Origin: Sphagnum compactum
Lineage: Eukaryota
Length of the DNA stretch: 64,000 nt
NCBI GenBank assembly: GCA_965153455.1
Contig: OZ234493.1
Location: forward strand, 24,728,213 to 24,792,212
Direction: 5' to 3'
In this document: piece after piece, positions 12,201 through 25,522 of the stretch
Layout of the letters: every line of letters starts with the position of its first letter
Position numbering within the stretch: the first letter of the stretch is position 1
Made by a program: the position numbers and the translations under genes
The notes under the pieces: generated by a model
Told to the model about the DNA's origin: nothing
Database searches by the model: none
Seen by the model: the letters and a program-made list of their open reading frames with translations, nothing else

Positions 12201-15200
12201 TCTTCGTTTTATTGCTTTAACAATTCTTGTAAATTGATTCCTTGCCTTGCTATAAGGTGCTCTAAGCATGCAAGGATTGTTTGGCCGAATCTTTGGGGTG
12301 TTGTAGGATTGGGACAAAAAAAGGGTGAGGAAGAAGTAGTTGGAGTTGTGAGATCTAGTTGGGATGCTTGGATTGTAAGTTGTTTGAGTTTATTTGGGGC
12401 TTACTATTGTTCATTGAACTTCTCACATGGCTAGGTTGAGTTGTTCAACATTGATGATATTAATTCTTTGTTGAAATTACAATCTAGCAAGTAAACATTC
12501 TCACTTTTATGGATGTGTTTTACAATGTGAACATGTGTTTAGAAGTTAATACTAGCTCAATCTTCTCCTTTCTATTTAGCCAAGGGAGGATTGTAGAGTT
12601 GGAAAGAGATGAAAGGTGCTCATATTGGCCTTGATTTTGGGGTCTAACATGTTACCCCTAGGTAATGTGGAGCAATCAATGAAGACCGGAGCCATGAAGC
12701 CAATTTAGTTGCCAATGGACAATAATATGGACCTCCCTATGTTTGATCTTGAAAAACACATGGACCTCCTTAGGTTTTGATAGGACTAGGGTCACCGTGA
12801 TCTTACGGCTCAATGTGATCAATGCATTAGTTGTTTGTGATTAAGTTTAAATGGTTTTGAACATTAAATTGACAACGAGTTATCATGTTTGCATGTAGGT
12901 ATTTGTGGAGTTTTATGAAGGAAAAGTAGCATGTAGGAATGTACCATGGATTTCTCAATTGTTGCATTACATCCCACTTCTTATCAAATCCCTAAATGGA
13001 TATTACAATTGTTCAAGATGTCATGGTCATCATTATGCACATGCATTCTTATTATTTGATTTATGGTTGTTTATTTTTACTATGCAACTTTATTTGTTCA
13101 ATCTTCTTCTACCATCAACCTATACTTCTCAAGCTACAAACATGCCTTTTTCTTTTTTTCAACCCAACTAAATTGTTGAGCTCAAAGCCACCATTTGATG
13201 TTAAGGTTGAACATAGTGGCTAAAATTCATTAATGTTTCATCACTCAACTAGCTTTTGTCCCATTTTTTTTGGCTTGGGGTCAACCCCAACCTTTTTCAT
13301 TTTTATACCTTTTGGTCTTGCCACCTTCTCACAAATTGTTTATTGTAAAAAAAATTGGCAAGGTGACACACCATTCCCCTTGACCCTTTAGTTTATATGA
13401 TAATTAGTCTTAAGTTTTTTTAGGTCACTTGACCTCAAATTTTTTACAAATACAATTATAATGATCAATCTAAATTTAGCTCGCCAAAAAAAATTATAAA
13501 CATCACAGATATCCCAATGAATTTCATGTTTCTCATTTAGAATTGTTGAAAACATACCATGGCTCTTCTTTTTGTCTTTTTGAGTGTTTTTTGCTAACAT
13601 TCTGTTTAATTCCTTCCCATGCTAATTACAATGGTGGATGTAAAAAAATTTGTGTTGCAATATTTCATGCCATATTTTTTGTTGCTTACGTGAAGAAACA
13701 AAATTAGGAAAATGATGTGATATGGATTGAACCTTGACAAAACATGCCAATCAATAAACATACTGTTGTTGCATTGAAATTCTTGATCTTTATGAATGTT
13801 ATGTGAATTTTTATTTCATGCATAATAGAAATGCAAAACATATTTATGTTACTTCAGCATTAGGATGATGTCTAGCTCTGAGTTCTATTATAAAAATTTG
13901 TGCCAATTGCAAAGTTTGTTCTCTATTCTCTTATGTAGACCTTTTTCCATTATAATCATAGATCGAGCAATGAACTTTGTAGTTTCAATTGCCTCCCTCT
14001 ACAACTCAAGCTTCAAGTCTCAAAAAATTCAAAAATATCAACTAATTTGATGTTTTTCTCAATCCTTGGTTCAAAAAAATTCATTATCAAATGTCAAATA
14101 TGTCTTTCAGTACAAATTCATTAATAATGACAATGCATCATTTGATTATTGAACTGGCCTCACATCTCTCTTACTCCATTGAGAAAGCTTTGGATGAGAT
14201 ATGGCAAATGCATTGGCAAGCAATAAAGGTACTATAGCTTAAAACATGTGTTTAGGAGAATGGAGAAAAGCACATGTAAGAAAAATCCTTATGTAGTGAT
14301 TGCAACATTATGAAAAAAAAGTGTCTTTAAACAAGGCACAAACCAAGGCCTTATATAGGCTCCAAAGGAAGTGGGTTCATTTAATGTACATTGTTTTATT
14401 TAGGCAATGGACTACTTTGAAACCATTGAAATTTTAGATATTCAAAATGGAGGTACCAAATAGCCTTTTTTTAGGGGGTTAATCTTTAACCATTTTGGGA
14501 ATTCCTATTTAAAACATGGGTGTCAATGCTAATGGGTATATCAATGGGGCCTTGGCATAAAGATTGATACTCATCTTGATATTATAAAATTCACCAAATT
14601 TATATAACCTTGTTGTAATATTCTTATGATAAACTTATTTTCCCATATTGTGATCCAATGATACCCTTGTTACCCCAATATAATATTTGAATATATACGT
14701 TGAGATTAGTACACCATAGTAACAGCCACATCCTAAACCATAGTAACCTTACACATTCTAACTTTGGTCTTTGGTCACTATCCCATCGGCAACCTATGTA
14801 GCTTGTCATAGTCTACTACACAATGGCTACCTACTCTTTTACTTTACTTTCTTTTACAGGCAAAAAACACAAGGAAAGAATAAAGAAAAAAAGGAAGGCC
14901 TTTCACAAGTTAAAATCCACTTGATAGGCGACCTATGTATTGACTTGATATTGACTACTATAAATTGAACTGCAATTTGTTATAATTCCTCAACTTGAAA
15001 GAATAATTGGAATTTGAATGGGTGCAGTATTTGCGCGGCGGCCTTGCCTTCCAAACCTGTGTGATGCCCCTGCTCCTGTTGCTGCCAATTAGGTAAGTGG
15101 GAACTCCAACATGGTGTGTGAGGGTCAATGTAGTAATGTCCAGTTTGGAGTTCACAGCAATCAAGCATCAATAGCTATGAGATTGCAGAGAAATCTCCAC

Positions 15201-15391
15201 AAAACACTTTCACAAAACACCTTGTAAGATAACATGACAGCAAGTGTGGTCACAACTTTATGAGAGTTGCTCACAAAGTGTCAGACTAGCTAACTCATTG
15301 GCTCCATGGTTGGGGCCTGTCTGGTGCATAGTGACTTCTCGTCTCCAAAATTATGTTTGAACAAATCATTCTCCTTTGCTAGCCATGTTGG

Positions 15392-18300
15392 TTATTGGCC
15401 TGTGTGACGAGGAAATCTGTCAGGTTCAAGCTGGGTGTCTCCTTGTATGAAAGAGTCCCCCCGTGCTCTAGAATCTATCTTCCAATTCACAAGGTCAACA
15501 AGGATGCCATGTAAAGCATCTAATGCAAGTGGTCCCAAAAATCGTTCCAAGTCCTCAGAATCGTCCATCCTACTGCCTGCTAGTCTCAATGACCAATTCA
15601 CAGTGCATGATTTCCAATCTGGACAAGCTACCAAGGCCACATCTTCATAGTCCTCTAACTCAAAAGTGATACTAAGCAAATCACGCTCAACAGCTGCACC
15701 CATGCCAATTGCCTTGGAATGCAGCCATGCCACCAGCTGCCCTGCTACCTGCAATCCAAACTCCAGGATAATTAGTTTACCATGGGTGCTGTCAAGGATA
15801 CACTACTTGTCAACCCCATTCAGACTGAAAGATGCATTGATAAATCCTGGACGCAGAACTGGAGTTTCCTTCTGTGACTGGAAATAGTATCCAAATGTAC
15901 CTTGATTTTTCAACCCACTTCATGGAATCATGAAATGGCATGGTCAACTGCCAAAATCTACATTGCAGAGAAGCCAAGTATTGGTTTCACACACCTGATA
16001 CAACAGATAGGGTGAGAGCTCAGAAATAGTACAACTTGCAGTGAAGGCCTGCTTAATGCCATCCACTGCTGGCAGTACTGTTACACTGAGAGCATCCTCT
16101 TGCAGCAGAATTCTGGCCTGCCACCTACCAACTGTTGCAGTCTCAGGAATATCCAGCCAAAGGTCCCAGGCAGACACTCGAGAGTGCCATGTGGGGTGAG
16201 TTGACAACCGTAACAGGGGAACACCATGAACCTGCACCCCAGTAGGGAAACGATCCAAAACTGAGTACAACAGTCAAGCAGAGTTTGTCTAGTGTGATGC
16301 TTACACAAACTGCAAACAACTATCAACATGCTTGGTAGGGTTTTCAAATCAACTGGGAGAGTACAGCAGACAGGAGAGACTGAAGAGCATAGACTACAAT
16401 GAACCTAGTTGTGCTGATGGAGCCCTCTTCTTCACACCATGATGCCATACACGATCTATTACCATATTTCCCACTAGACATTTTAAGTAGACTACACAAA
16501 CCACTGCATCATGAGCTGACATTCAATGTTTTACAGACCTGCTTTTCAAGCTCAGCAAAAATCTTAGCACAAGACATCTTGTGCCGCATCATAGCAGACA
16601 AATGCTTCAACATTCCTGCTGCTTCACTAGGTCCGTCAGGATTTCCTGGTGCCTTTGAAGATGCCCCATCAAATCTTCCAAATGTGAATTGATGAAAGGC
16701 TTGCTGTAAACAGATGCCAAGACTTGCCTCCGTTTGTGGTGATTGAAAATGGTCAAATTGTGGCATTATAGTGGGCCCTGAGTTCTGTGGATCAGCCACC
16801 TGAGTGTGAAGCTCATCAGGAGACTGTGAAGATAGGTGAAGATTCAGTGTGGTGGCATGACCAAGACTAAGTTGCAGGCTTGTGTCACTGAGGCCTGTAA
16901 CATTGATGCTTGGTGTTAAAAGCAAAGCCTCCCGACTAACCCATTCAAACACCTGCAGCCAAAGGAACATAGCAACCTTCCATCAAACATTGGAACTTCC
17001 CATTTTACAGATCATCTACAATGATGACCATCCAATTGTGCACTGTTATGCACAATCACATCTGTCCTTCAGGCTAAACTCTACTAGGCAACAGCCATCC
17101 AGATGGAGGTCACTAGCCCACTAACTAAATTATGAGCTTCCTGTTCACCATAAATATCTTCATAATACTTGGAGCTTCTTCACACTTACAGTCATTCAAC
17201 CTGAAAAGAATTGAGAGATGACATGGTAATCCTAGAGATTTGAGATCTGGCAGCATATTAGCAAACAGGAAACTTAGCCCCAAAGAATCAAAAGACAACC
17301 TGAGGAGGTTCTGATCACCTGAAAATGTTCAGAGCCTTTCAACATTGCGTATGGCAGTGACCAGCTACAATAACATCCTCCACCACCTTCATCAACTCCA
17401 ATGGTGGGTGGAGGTTGGTGTAATACATATAACAAATGCATTGAATTTCCATCACAAAACTGGCAGTATTGGGAAAACAAAGTCATGATGCTGGGTAGCT
17501 GAACAAACCTAAAAGAGGAGGAGATGACCAACGAAATTAAGAAGGAAGAGGACCGCAAATAGAGAAAGAAAAAGAAAAGACCAAACAAGGAAGGCAGAAG
17601 CAAAGAGAGAAACAACACAAAGAACAGTAAAAGCTTGATCTTTTGAGGAACAAGTGTGTTTTGAAAACCTCCTCACTGTAGATTAAGCCCTTTGGATCGA
17701 TATTTGCAAGCTTCCAAAGGTACACCAAAGCAAACATCTGGTTCATTTGAGTGGAAATTTTGAAGCATAACCTTACTCTTCAGAAGACCACTTTAAGCTC
17801 AAAATTTGAGCTATAAAGAACTCATTTGTTCTACAAAAACTTAAGAAACTACTCCTCCAAATTTCGCAGAATCCAAAATGTTAGAATCCACCTGAGGCAT
17901 ACAAATCATGTTAATACCCATATATTTTGGCTGAATTTTTTTGCCCAAAATGTCAATGTTTAAGCCTTTTGGATTTTGGGATATTGCAAGAGAAGCCATT
18001 AGAAGGAAAATTAAGCCCACAGAATGAATTGGGGTTTTCTGCCACCACCAATAGAGTCCTTGCCTAGATCATGAAGTTGGAGAAATAAGAGATATCAGTA
18101 ACAGATTGTGCAAAACCTGCATATTAATAATTACTTAGAAAGAAAAACCAGACAAGACTTAAACTTAATGACACGACCCAAAAATTTGACCTCATATGTG
18201 CACAGGAAGAAGGTAGCTAAAAACACTACACAATTAGTACCCACTGGAATACCAAGTGACTGCATAAAGACTGACTGTCTCAACATAATCTACAACACAC

Positions 18301-20505
18301 TAAACTCACCTCTCCAATTTGTCTCAAGCCCTCACAAGTCGTGGCAGACATTTAAGTCAATCTGCATAGATTTGATTAGTTGTTAAGAGTACATACTTGC
18401 TCATCAAAGTTGGATGCCTGAATTCGGCGGAGCACAACCTGTGCACTCACTGCCCCTTTGTCCACCCCTTCTCCAATGCCCCTGTCCACTCCCTTAGGTG
18501 CATCTTGCATAGCTGCTGCTTCTGGATTCTCCTCATTTTCTGTGCTTACAGACCTGCCCACTAAGTTCCCTTCTCTCCGCAGCTTAAAAGACTGAGCAGC
18601 AGAATGGAGGGAAACATGTAGACTTGCAAGAGGGTGTGAGGTAGCAGGACGGGCTACAAGCAGGCCGGCTGGATCCTGGTCTACCATCACACCACATGGT
18701 GCACCTTCAGTGATTCCCACCTCAATGGAGAACCCTGCACTTCCCCCTGGACCTGCTGCAATCCCTCGTTGCCTTTTCACCTTCCAGTTACGCTGCAGCC
18801 TTTAGCACCACCCCCTCAACAACCATATCTATGAGATTGCAGAGAAAACTCCACATACACCACTTTCAAGGTAAAATGACAATAAGTGTAGTCATAGCCT
18901 TATGAGAGTCACTCACAAAGTATCAGACAATCATCTCCATGAATTCATGAATAGCAGCAGTGAACTGCCATGACTTCCCACTGACTTCATCAGCTCCCAG
19001 TTGTGGGTATAGGGAACTGTATAATAATCTGCTGAAAATTTTGGGCAAACCATTATACGAACTTCCAGAAGTAATGCAAAGACTCAATCATGACATTGGC
19101 TACTACTCAAGAGTCACAGCTAACCAGAAAGGGTTCAATAGTATCCTCATTCAAGCTGCAACAAGCTTGTGAGGGTTATCTTCATTTCATTTTAGCCTGT
19201 TGCTGTATAAGCAAGCTAATGTCTCACTGTCCAATCACTGAAACTCAGAATAGAAAAGCAGCAGAAATTTGCTGAACCCTCAGGCTCCCATACAAAATCA
19301 GTTGAGTTCTGTTGGGCAACATGTTCTATAAACTCAATAAGGTAAAAGAACAGGTTGAATTCAGTTGAAATTGCTTAAAATGACCACAACCACCTACAAA
19401 CTGAAGAGCTAGCATGTAGCATTAACATTGCCTGTGGGAATTGAAGGCTTAGGGTCCCCTAACCTCATCAGTGCCCCATAAAAGACTGCTTCCCTCTCAA
19501 CCTGGCGCTCCAATGCTTGTGCAGATCGCTTCAAATACTTCCCAACATCCTAGAACAAAGTTGCCCATTGCCTCTCATCAACAAAGTGCAGTAGACCCCC
19601 TCAAGCATGGTCAATCTCTACACCCATGACACTATCGTATTAAAGCTAAGACAATGCAACACCATGAAAGACAAAAGTTAGGGCAAACAGCATTCCTCCT
19701 GGACATCAAGGTTTTTAAAAGTTTGCTGAGCTTTGGTCAGGAATTGAACAGTGATCACAGAACATGCAGGGCAGCAAACGCACCCGGAAGTGTTGGAGCT
19801 TGGAAGAGGCTCGTAATGCTAGATCTGAGCAAGTCTCCTGTGGAAGCAGCTTTGGTCGCACCACATTTGCTACAGTCACTGCCTCATTTGCTTCCACCTG
19901 CTCATGTTCGGTTTCTGATATCAGTGTTATTCCAAGACAAGAACAAGAAACTCACATAGCAGTGCAGAAGTGGAGAAAGTTCCATTCTTTCCAAACAACG
20001 GCCACCTTGTGAGGGTGAAGGGGAAGAGACCAGAGACGAACACAGTGTTTTCTGAAGCAAACCTGGCTGATTAAGTCAAGGATAACGACTAGCTCCTGGT
20101 CCGCCTGCTGCAAATGCTCAACCAGTCCCTGCCATGGCCACGTGGGGGGAACTACCTCTTCTTCTTCCTTGCTGCTACCATTGCTCTCGCTCTTCACTTT
20201 CTTCGCCTCCTGCCCAAAATCAATTCGCCCAAGCAATGCCAGAGGCTTCTCTTCCTGGCTGAGTTCTCTGACCCACCCATAGATTTTGCCATCAATCACC
20301 CATCCCCTAATTTGGAGGATGACACTTACAGCACTAGACCAGCAACCCTACAAATCTACGTCGAAAAACAAACTAAGGAAAACATATCGTGGGTTCCAGA
20401 GAAAGAGGCTTACGGCGGAAGATGCTCAGTGCCGGATTCTTCAAGAGCCAATAAACGCTTCATGGGCAAGGGATCCAGCATGATGGCCTGCCGCCCCGCC
20501 GCCAT
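15392..20505 (-). CDS. MED17: Mediator of RNA polymerase II transcription subunit 17; exons 20505-20414, 20267-20063, 19897-19784, 19549-19464, 18799-18397, 16952-16539, 16231-15995, 15748-15392
   Basis: Spliced product LDPLPMKRLLALEESGTEHLP..RIDF..WPWQGLVEHLQQADQELVVILDLI..EANEAVTVA..ALERQVEREAVFYGALMRLQRNWKVKRQR..THPTWHSRVSAW..QVAGQLVAWL..LGPLALDALHGILVDLVN matches recalled plant MED17; all introns are GT-AG and in phase. Confidence 0.93.
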
Positions 20506-20594
20506 CTCTCATACCCACACACCCACCCACACTGAGGAAAGCTCGGCTTGTTGGATCAAAGCGAAGATTATCAGTTGCTCGCGATGTTGAATAA

Positions 20595-20608
20595 AAACCC
20601 TAAACCCT
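20595..20608. promoter_or_regulatory. Telo-box (AAACCCTA) elements upstream of MED17
   Basis: aaaccctaaaccct ~90 bp upstream of the MED17 ATG, plus a related ccctaaacc ~20 bp further; telo-boxes are common near plant housekeeping TSSs. Confidence 0.5.
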
Positions 20609-22369
20609 TCAAGGAATGCGCCATACCCTAAACCTTTATAGGAATGCAGGATGCAGATGGAACAGGGTGAAGAAAATCCACGTGAGGAGTTCCAAACACC
20701 TTCAAATTACGAGGATCCAAGGAATAAATAGGAAACTGTGACACCCCACCCCCCTCTCTGGTGTTCATTCAGATACTTCTGTAAAGCTCCGCAGGTAGTA
20801 AGTATTGAATCCACGCTGTTGAACAATATTCTATCACTGTACATTTCTGAAGCTGCTTTTTTCTGTTGGGGTCTTGCTGTTTACGGAGCTCCTCGCTTAG
20901 CGTTTTTTAGTTGCTCGCGAAGCTGATGGGCAATGTCTTCGCACGCCGCTGACACCGTAATTGCAAGACGACGACGACGACGAAGGTGCAGTGCGCGTGA
21001 ATCCCACCCCGTCCCATCGTTTCATTTGGGAGTGTCACGAGAACGAGCCATGAGAGTCGGGATGTAAAAGGACATGCCCTGGCAACGAAAGTTGGATGAA
21101 TATCATCTTCCGTTGTGGAATTTCCAGCTCGAGATTCTTTCGTGTAGTTGTGGGATTGACCAAAGCTGGATGGATGAACATAACGTTGTTGAGGGAGGAG
21201 ACGAATTTCTGTTGGAATTCGCCTTCGCAACGATCCCGGCTTTCAGCGAGAGTCTCCCCTTCTTCAATAGTGTAGACTGTATCACCTTTCTTAGAGGACT
21301 AGCCTCGTTAGACTCCATTTTGCTTGGAATCATGCACAGATATCGCTAGGGTAAGCTGGCTAGTGTCGGAACGAATAGCAGCTCGGTGTCCTCTGAATTT
21401 TTAGGGGAGTGAAGGATTCACAATGGTGTCCAAAGAGAACTTGTAGCTTATCTCTTGGTGCATCCAAACCAAGTTGAATCGTTCAAATCCATGAAGAAAT
21501 GAGCAAGATATGGGCATGCAAAGTCTGGGAGTTCTTGGTTGAAAATGGAAATCTCAAAACACATGAAACCATGTGCATGGGCCTTTTTTCTCTCATAATC
21601 AAAGAGCCAATAGTTGACAACTATCCCACACCTATCCCATCATCAAACACCATGAGCATGCAAAGTGAACAATTTTTATTAAATAAACATTCACAATTTT
21701 GTGTGTGTTTATGATTTAAACTAAAATCAAGTACAAAATCAACGGACATGGGGGTAACCGTTTGCTAAACCCTAAAATTCCTAACACCCACATATGCAAT
21801 GTCAAAAATTGTGGGCACGGTAGTTGTGGTTTTTCAAAACACTCGTTTTGTACATTTATGTGCCAAAACCTCCTTGCTCTCTGGATATTCTTATTATATC
21901 AAAGTTTCCTTCTCTCACCAAAGTAATTTTGAAGCAACTTGACATTGGTGGAAATGCAAGCTTTATCTTCCTCTTCTTAATGTTGGTGCTCTTCTTCATG
22001 AAGTTTTTTTTCTTGGTTTGATCATTGTTACTAATCTAATCATCTTCCTCTTCTTGATGTTGGTGCTCTTGCTCATGATGTTTTTCTTCCTGGTTCAATC
22101 CTTGCTCTAAGCTCCCCCCCAAACTCTTATTTTGTTTGTTATAGGTCAAAAAGATGTAACCTAATTGCAACATGCCCTTGCCTTTGCATTTTTCTTTTGC
22201 ATGTTGTCTCGCCTCCCATTGTGTTGCTATTGTGTTTCCCTAATTTCAACCCATATATTTGAATGGATTTGTTTGGAAGTCAACTTGAAAATTATTGTCA
22301 AAAAATCACTTACTACTCTTGCATTTGTTGTAAACCAATTTGACACAATTTATGCCATGTGGTCTATTT

Positions 22370-23950
22370 CAACTTTTCTTTGAATTGTGCATCTGCACCC
22401 AATGGCCTATCCATTGGGTATTAAAGCATTCACTCCAATGATTATCCAAACAAAATTTAAAGAAACATGCCAAATCTTTAACAAATAGTTGAGTGAGGTT
22501 ATTTATGTTCATAAAATAGATTGAATGGATCCTCATTGTCCTTTTGATAAAATCACAAATGAACAAAGGAAATATCGTGGCAACATTTTTTGTTTTCACA
22601 TGCCAAAAAATTCTTTGTAGTGACTTTCATGAACTAGAATAAGATGATTATAGTTTATTGGACAATTGTTCATGCAAAAAAGCAACCACCTCCTAAGCAT
22701 TTTGCAACTTCACAGCATGAACATTGAGTTGTTATTTCCAAAAAAATCTTTTCATAACATCCTTTGCCCCATCATGGAGTCCCTTCCCATGACCACTACC
22801 AAAGAAATTCCACATCATTTTGCAACCTTTAGTCACATTTGGATACCTTGAAACAAAAAACCATGGCTTGTTACTCTTAAATTGGGAAGCACAACCATCA
22901 TTCCACACCCAATGCCAATGTGGTGCATATTCATGATCCACCATATATTGCCAATGCAATTTGAAATAGTTATGAACAAATTTAGAATCATGTTTTCAAT
23001 CATGACAAATGTAAAAGTGATATTTTGTAAGAATATGGGATTTTCCATTAGATGGATCTAGAGTTGAATTGTGACAAAAACATATATGTACCAAAATTAA
23101 TATGTAATACGTATGCCAATGCATATTTTGGACTTCATTTTGCACTTGAAATGAGTAATTAATTATAATATAAATTATGGACACTAATGTGTTGGCTAGA
23201 AAAGACTTTATGCAAATTTGAAATGCTTGTTTTCCCACCTTGCTACAAAGTTATGTTTTACAAAATGTTGCAACTTTGGCTTCATATGATCGATAAATTA
23301 ATTTAATGATGTGTTTTGTACACTAAATTTAACTGTTTTAATGTATTGCTTGACATGGTTGTCTCAAAAGCAAAACGCCTCCATTATACTAAAACATTAT
23401 CAAATCTAATAACTTCATGTGGACATAATGGTAAAGTTTCTACCCCACACCTTGAACAATTCCCAAACAAGCATTTACCTTTTTGCCATTCATTGGACTC
23501 ATTTTTTGGGCACACCATTGCTTCCCACAATTGAATTATGCCCTTGTACATTTTACTAAATTTGGCATGGTTAACCATCAAAACCACAAACATGATCAAA
23601 AACATAGTCACACATTTGGTTCCCATGGACAATGTTGCATGTCCTCATCAGATTCAATGCCAATTGTAATTCATTCATCTCAATGTGGTAAATATAGGCA
23701 ACAAGTGTTTTTGTCTTTTAATATTTTGACAAAAAATGGCTTTAACAATTCAAAAACTCTTTGCCCAACATTTGCTTTAGGATGGGCACCTTGGAATCTT
23801 AAGAAAAATTTAGTTTGCATAACAAAAATACATTTGTTAATGTTTGTTACAAGAAAAAATAATGTAATCCCTCACATCATTTCAATAGCCCATGTATCAT
23901 GCACTACATTATTAAAGTCTTAACTTAAACTATGAGTATGTAAGATTGGA
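22370..23950 (-). mobile_element. Decayed DDD/E DNA-transposon transposase, Sola2-like
   Basis: Ordered fragments: CPK..W..GKCLFGNCSRCG, NYSFQVQNEVQNMHW, WNDGCASQFKS, WNFFGSGHGKGLHDGA; many stops and frameshifts; no TIRs identified. Confidence 0.65.
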
Positions 23951-23959
23951 TTTTGATCT

Positions 23960-24460
23960 ATCACTCCAAGTGCATGCTTCAAAGTCCTTACGAGTCACAT
24001 TAAATGAAAGGTGATGTACATTAAGTGACTACATAAAGTTTTGTAACAATCCATCCTAATACATTAACAACAACAAATGAGTACATAAGAGTCCTTGTTA
24101 ATTTGTACCACTCCAAGAATAGGTATCAAAGTCCTTATGCGTCACATTTAGTGACAAGTGATGTAAGAAAACTCCCTAAAACTATGTAGTAATCCATTGA
24201 CATACATTAACAACTCAATTTAGATTCTAGTGGGTACATAAACTTCCATACAAATCTATGCCACTCCAAATGTAGGGCTCATGAAGTTCTTCTGAATTGC
24301 ATTGAATCAATTGTGATGTCAAAAAACTACACATAATTCTACAACAATCCTTTGAATTACACTAATAACCCAATTCAAAATTCCAATTAGTACATAAACT
24401 TCTTTCCAAGTTTGTACCACCCCAAGTGCAAGTCTCAAAGTCATTAATTATGAGTCACAC
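23960..24460. repeat. About four diverged ~150-bp tandem units (CACTCCAAG..AAAGTCCTTA..GTCACATT..GTGATGT)
   Basis: Unit starts near 23962, 24109, 24262 and 24418. Confidence 0.6.
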
Positions 24461-24866
24461 ATTTAATTCTATTAAATACCTACACATATTTTTGCATGAT
24501 TCCATTAATGAGCGACATTGACAAGATCACAACGTTTTCTAAATAGTTTTCACAATTGTAGAAACAATCTTTCTTTGATCTTTATCTCATAAGATCTCCT
24601 TTGTCATTGCAAGTGTTTTGACAATTTCTTCTTGACATAAGGCAATTGCTTTCTTTGCATTTTGACATTTGTGTTGTTGAACATTTTGTGTCACTTTCTT
24701 CAACTAAATCTTGAGTCAATTTGATTGCATTGAGTCTTGATGGAGCCTTTATCTTACTTTTACCTTTTACCTTCCCTTGTAGTTACTAACATATTGTTAC
24801 CCATGTATGCAACACAATATTAATCCAATGCTAAATATAACAACCTATCGACCAACAGTGTGTCCA

Positions 24867-25522
24867 ACACATTTGATTAGTAAAAGATAATGACACACAA
24901 GTGTTGAAAATTTGATGGAATGCATAGTCTATAAATATTGGAATTGTTTATTCATATCCCTATCACACAAAATATTGAAATACTCACCTAAAAATGGATC
25001 TCTTGTAGTTATAACATGGAGATATATGGGTGCAAGGAAACTTGACACTTTGTTGCCACCATAAAAAACCTACCACCTATAGTTCAACAATGTCCCATAG
25101 AAATGGGTCGACCAAGGTTTAACAAAATCTCTATCCATTGTGTACATTATTCAATATTATAAAAAGCAAAAAAAACATAACCAAAAGCTTATCCATTTAA
25201 TGAATGATCTATAAATAATAACTTTAAACCAATAACATGGAACACATTTGATTAGGAAAAAATGGTTGTAACATGGGTTGAGGGTGATAGAATGCAATGC
25301 CAAAAATCTTTGGATTTATATATATATCCATATCAAACAAGATTTTCACCAACTAATGTGAAAATGGATTTCTTATAGTTAGTATCCAAAGACATAATAT
25401 ATTGGGCATAAGGCAATTTCTTTTTTTTTGTTGCATTAGTGCCATCAAAAACTTGCCACCTGTAGTTGAACATTCAATGTCCACAAGAAATTTCATAATA
25501 GAAATGGGTTGACCAAAGTTTT
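24867..25522. repeat. Diverged ~375-bp tandem duplication
   Basis: Shared anchors AACACATTTGATTAG, AAAATGGAT, CCACCTRTAGTT and ATAGAAATGGGTYGACCAA occur twice in the same order. Confidence 0.6.

Noticed and set aside
9300..14850. Further TE-like coding remnants in the AT-rich spacer
   Set aside because: Probably TE-derived but too decayed to assign a family by eye.
21240..21295. LysM-like KKGDTVYTIEEGETLAE on the minus strand
   Set aside because: Stops lie immediately upstream and the rest of the LysM pattern is missing.
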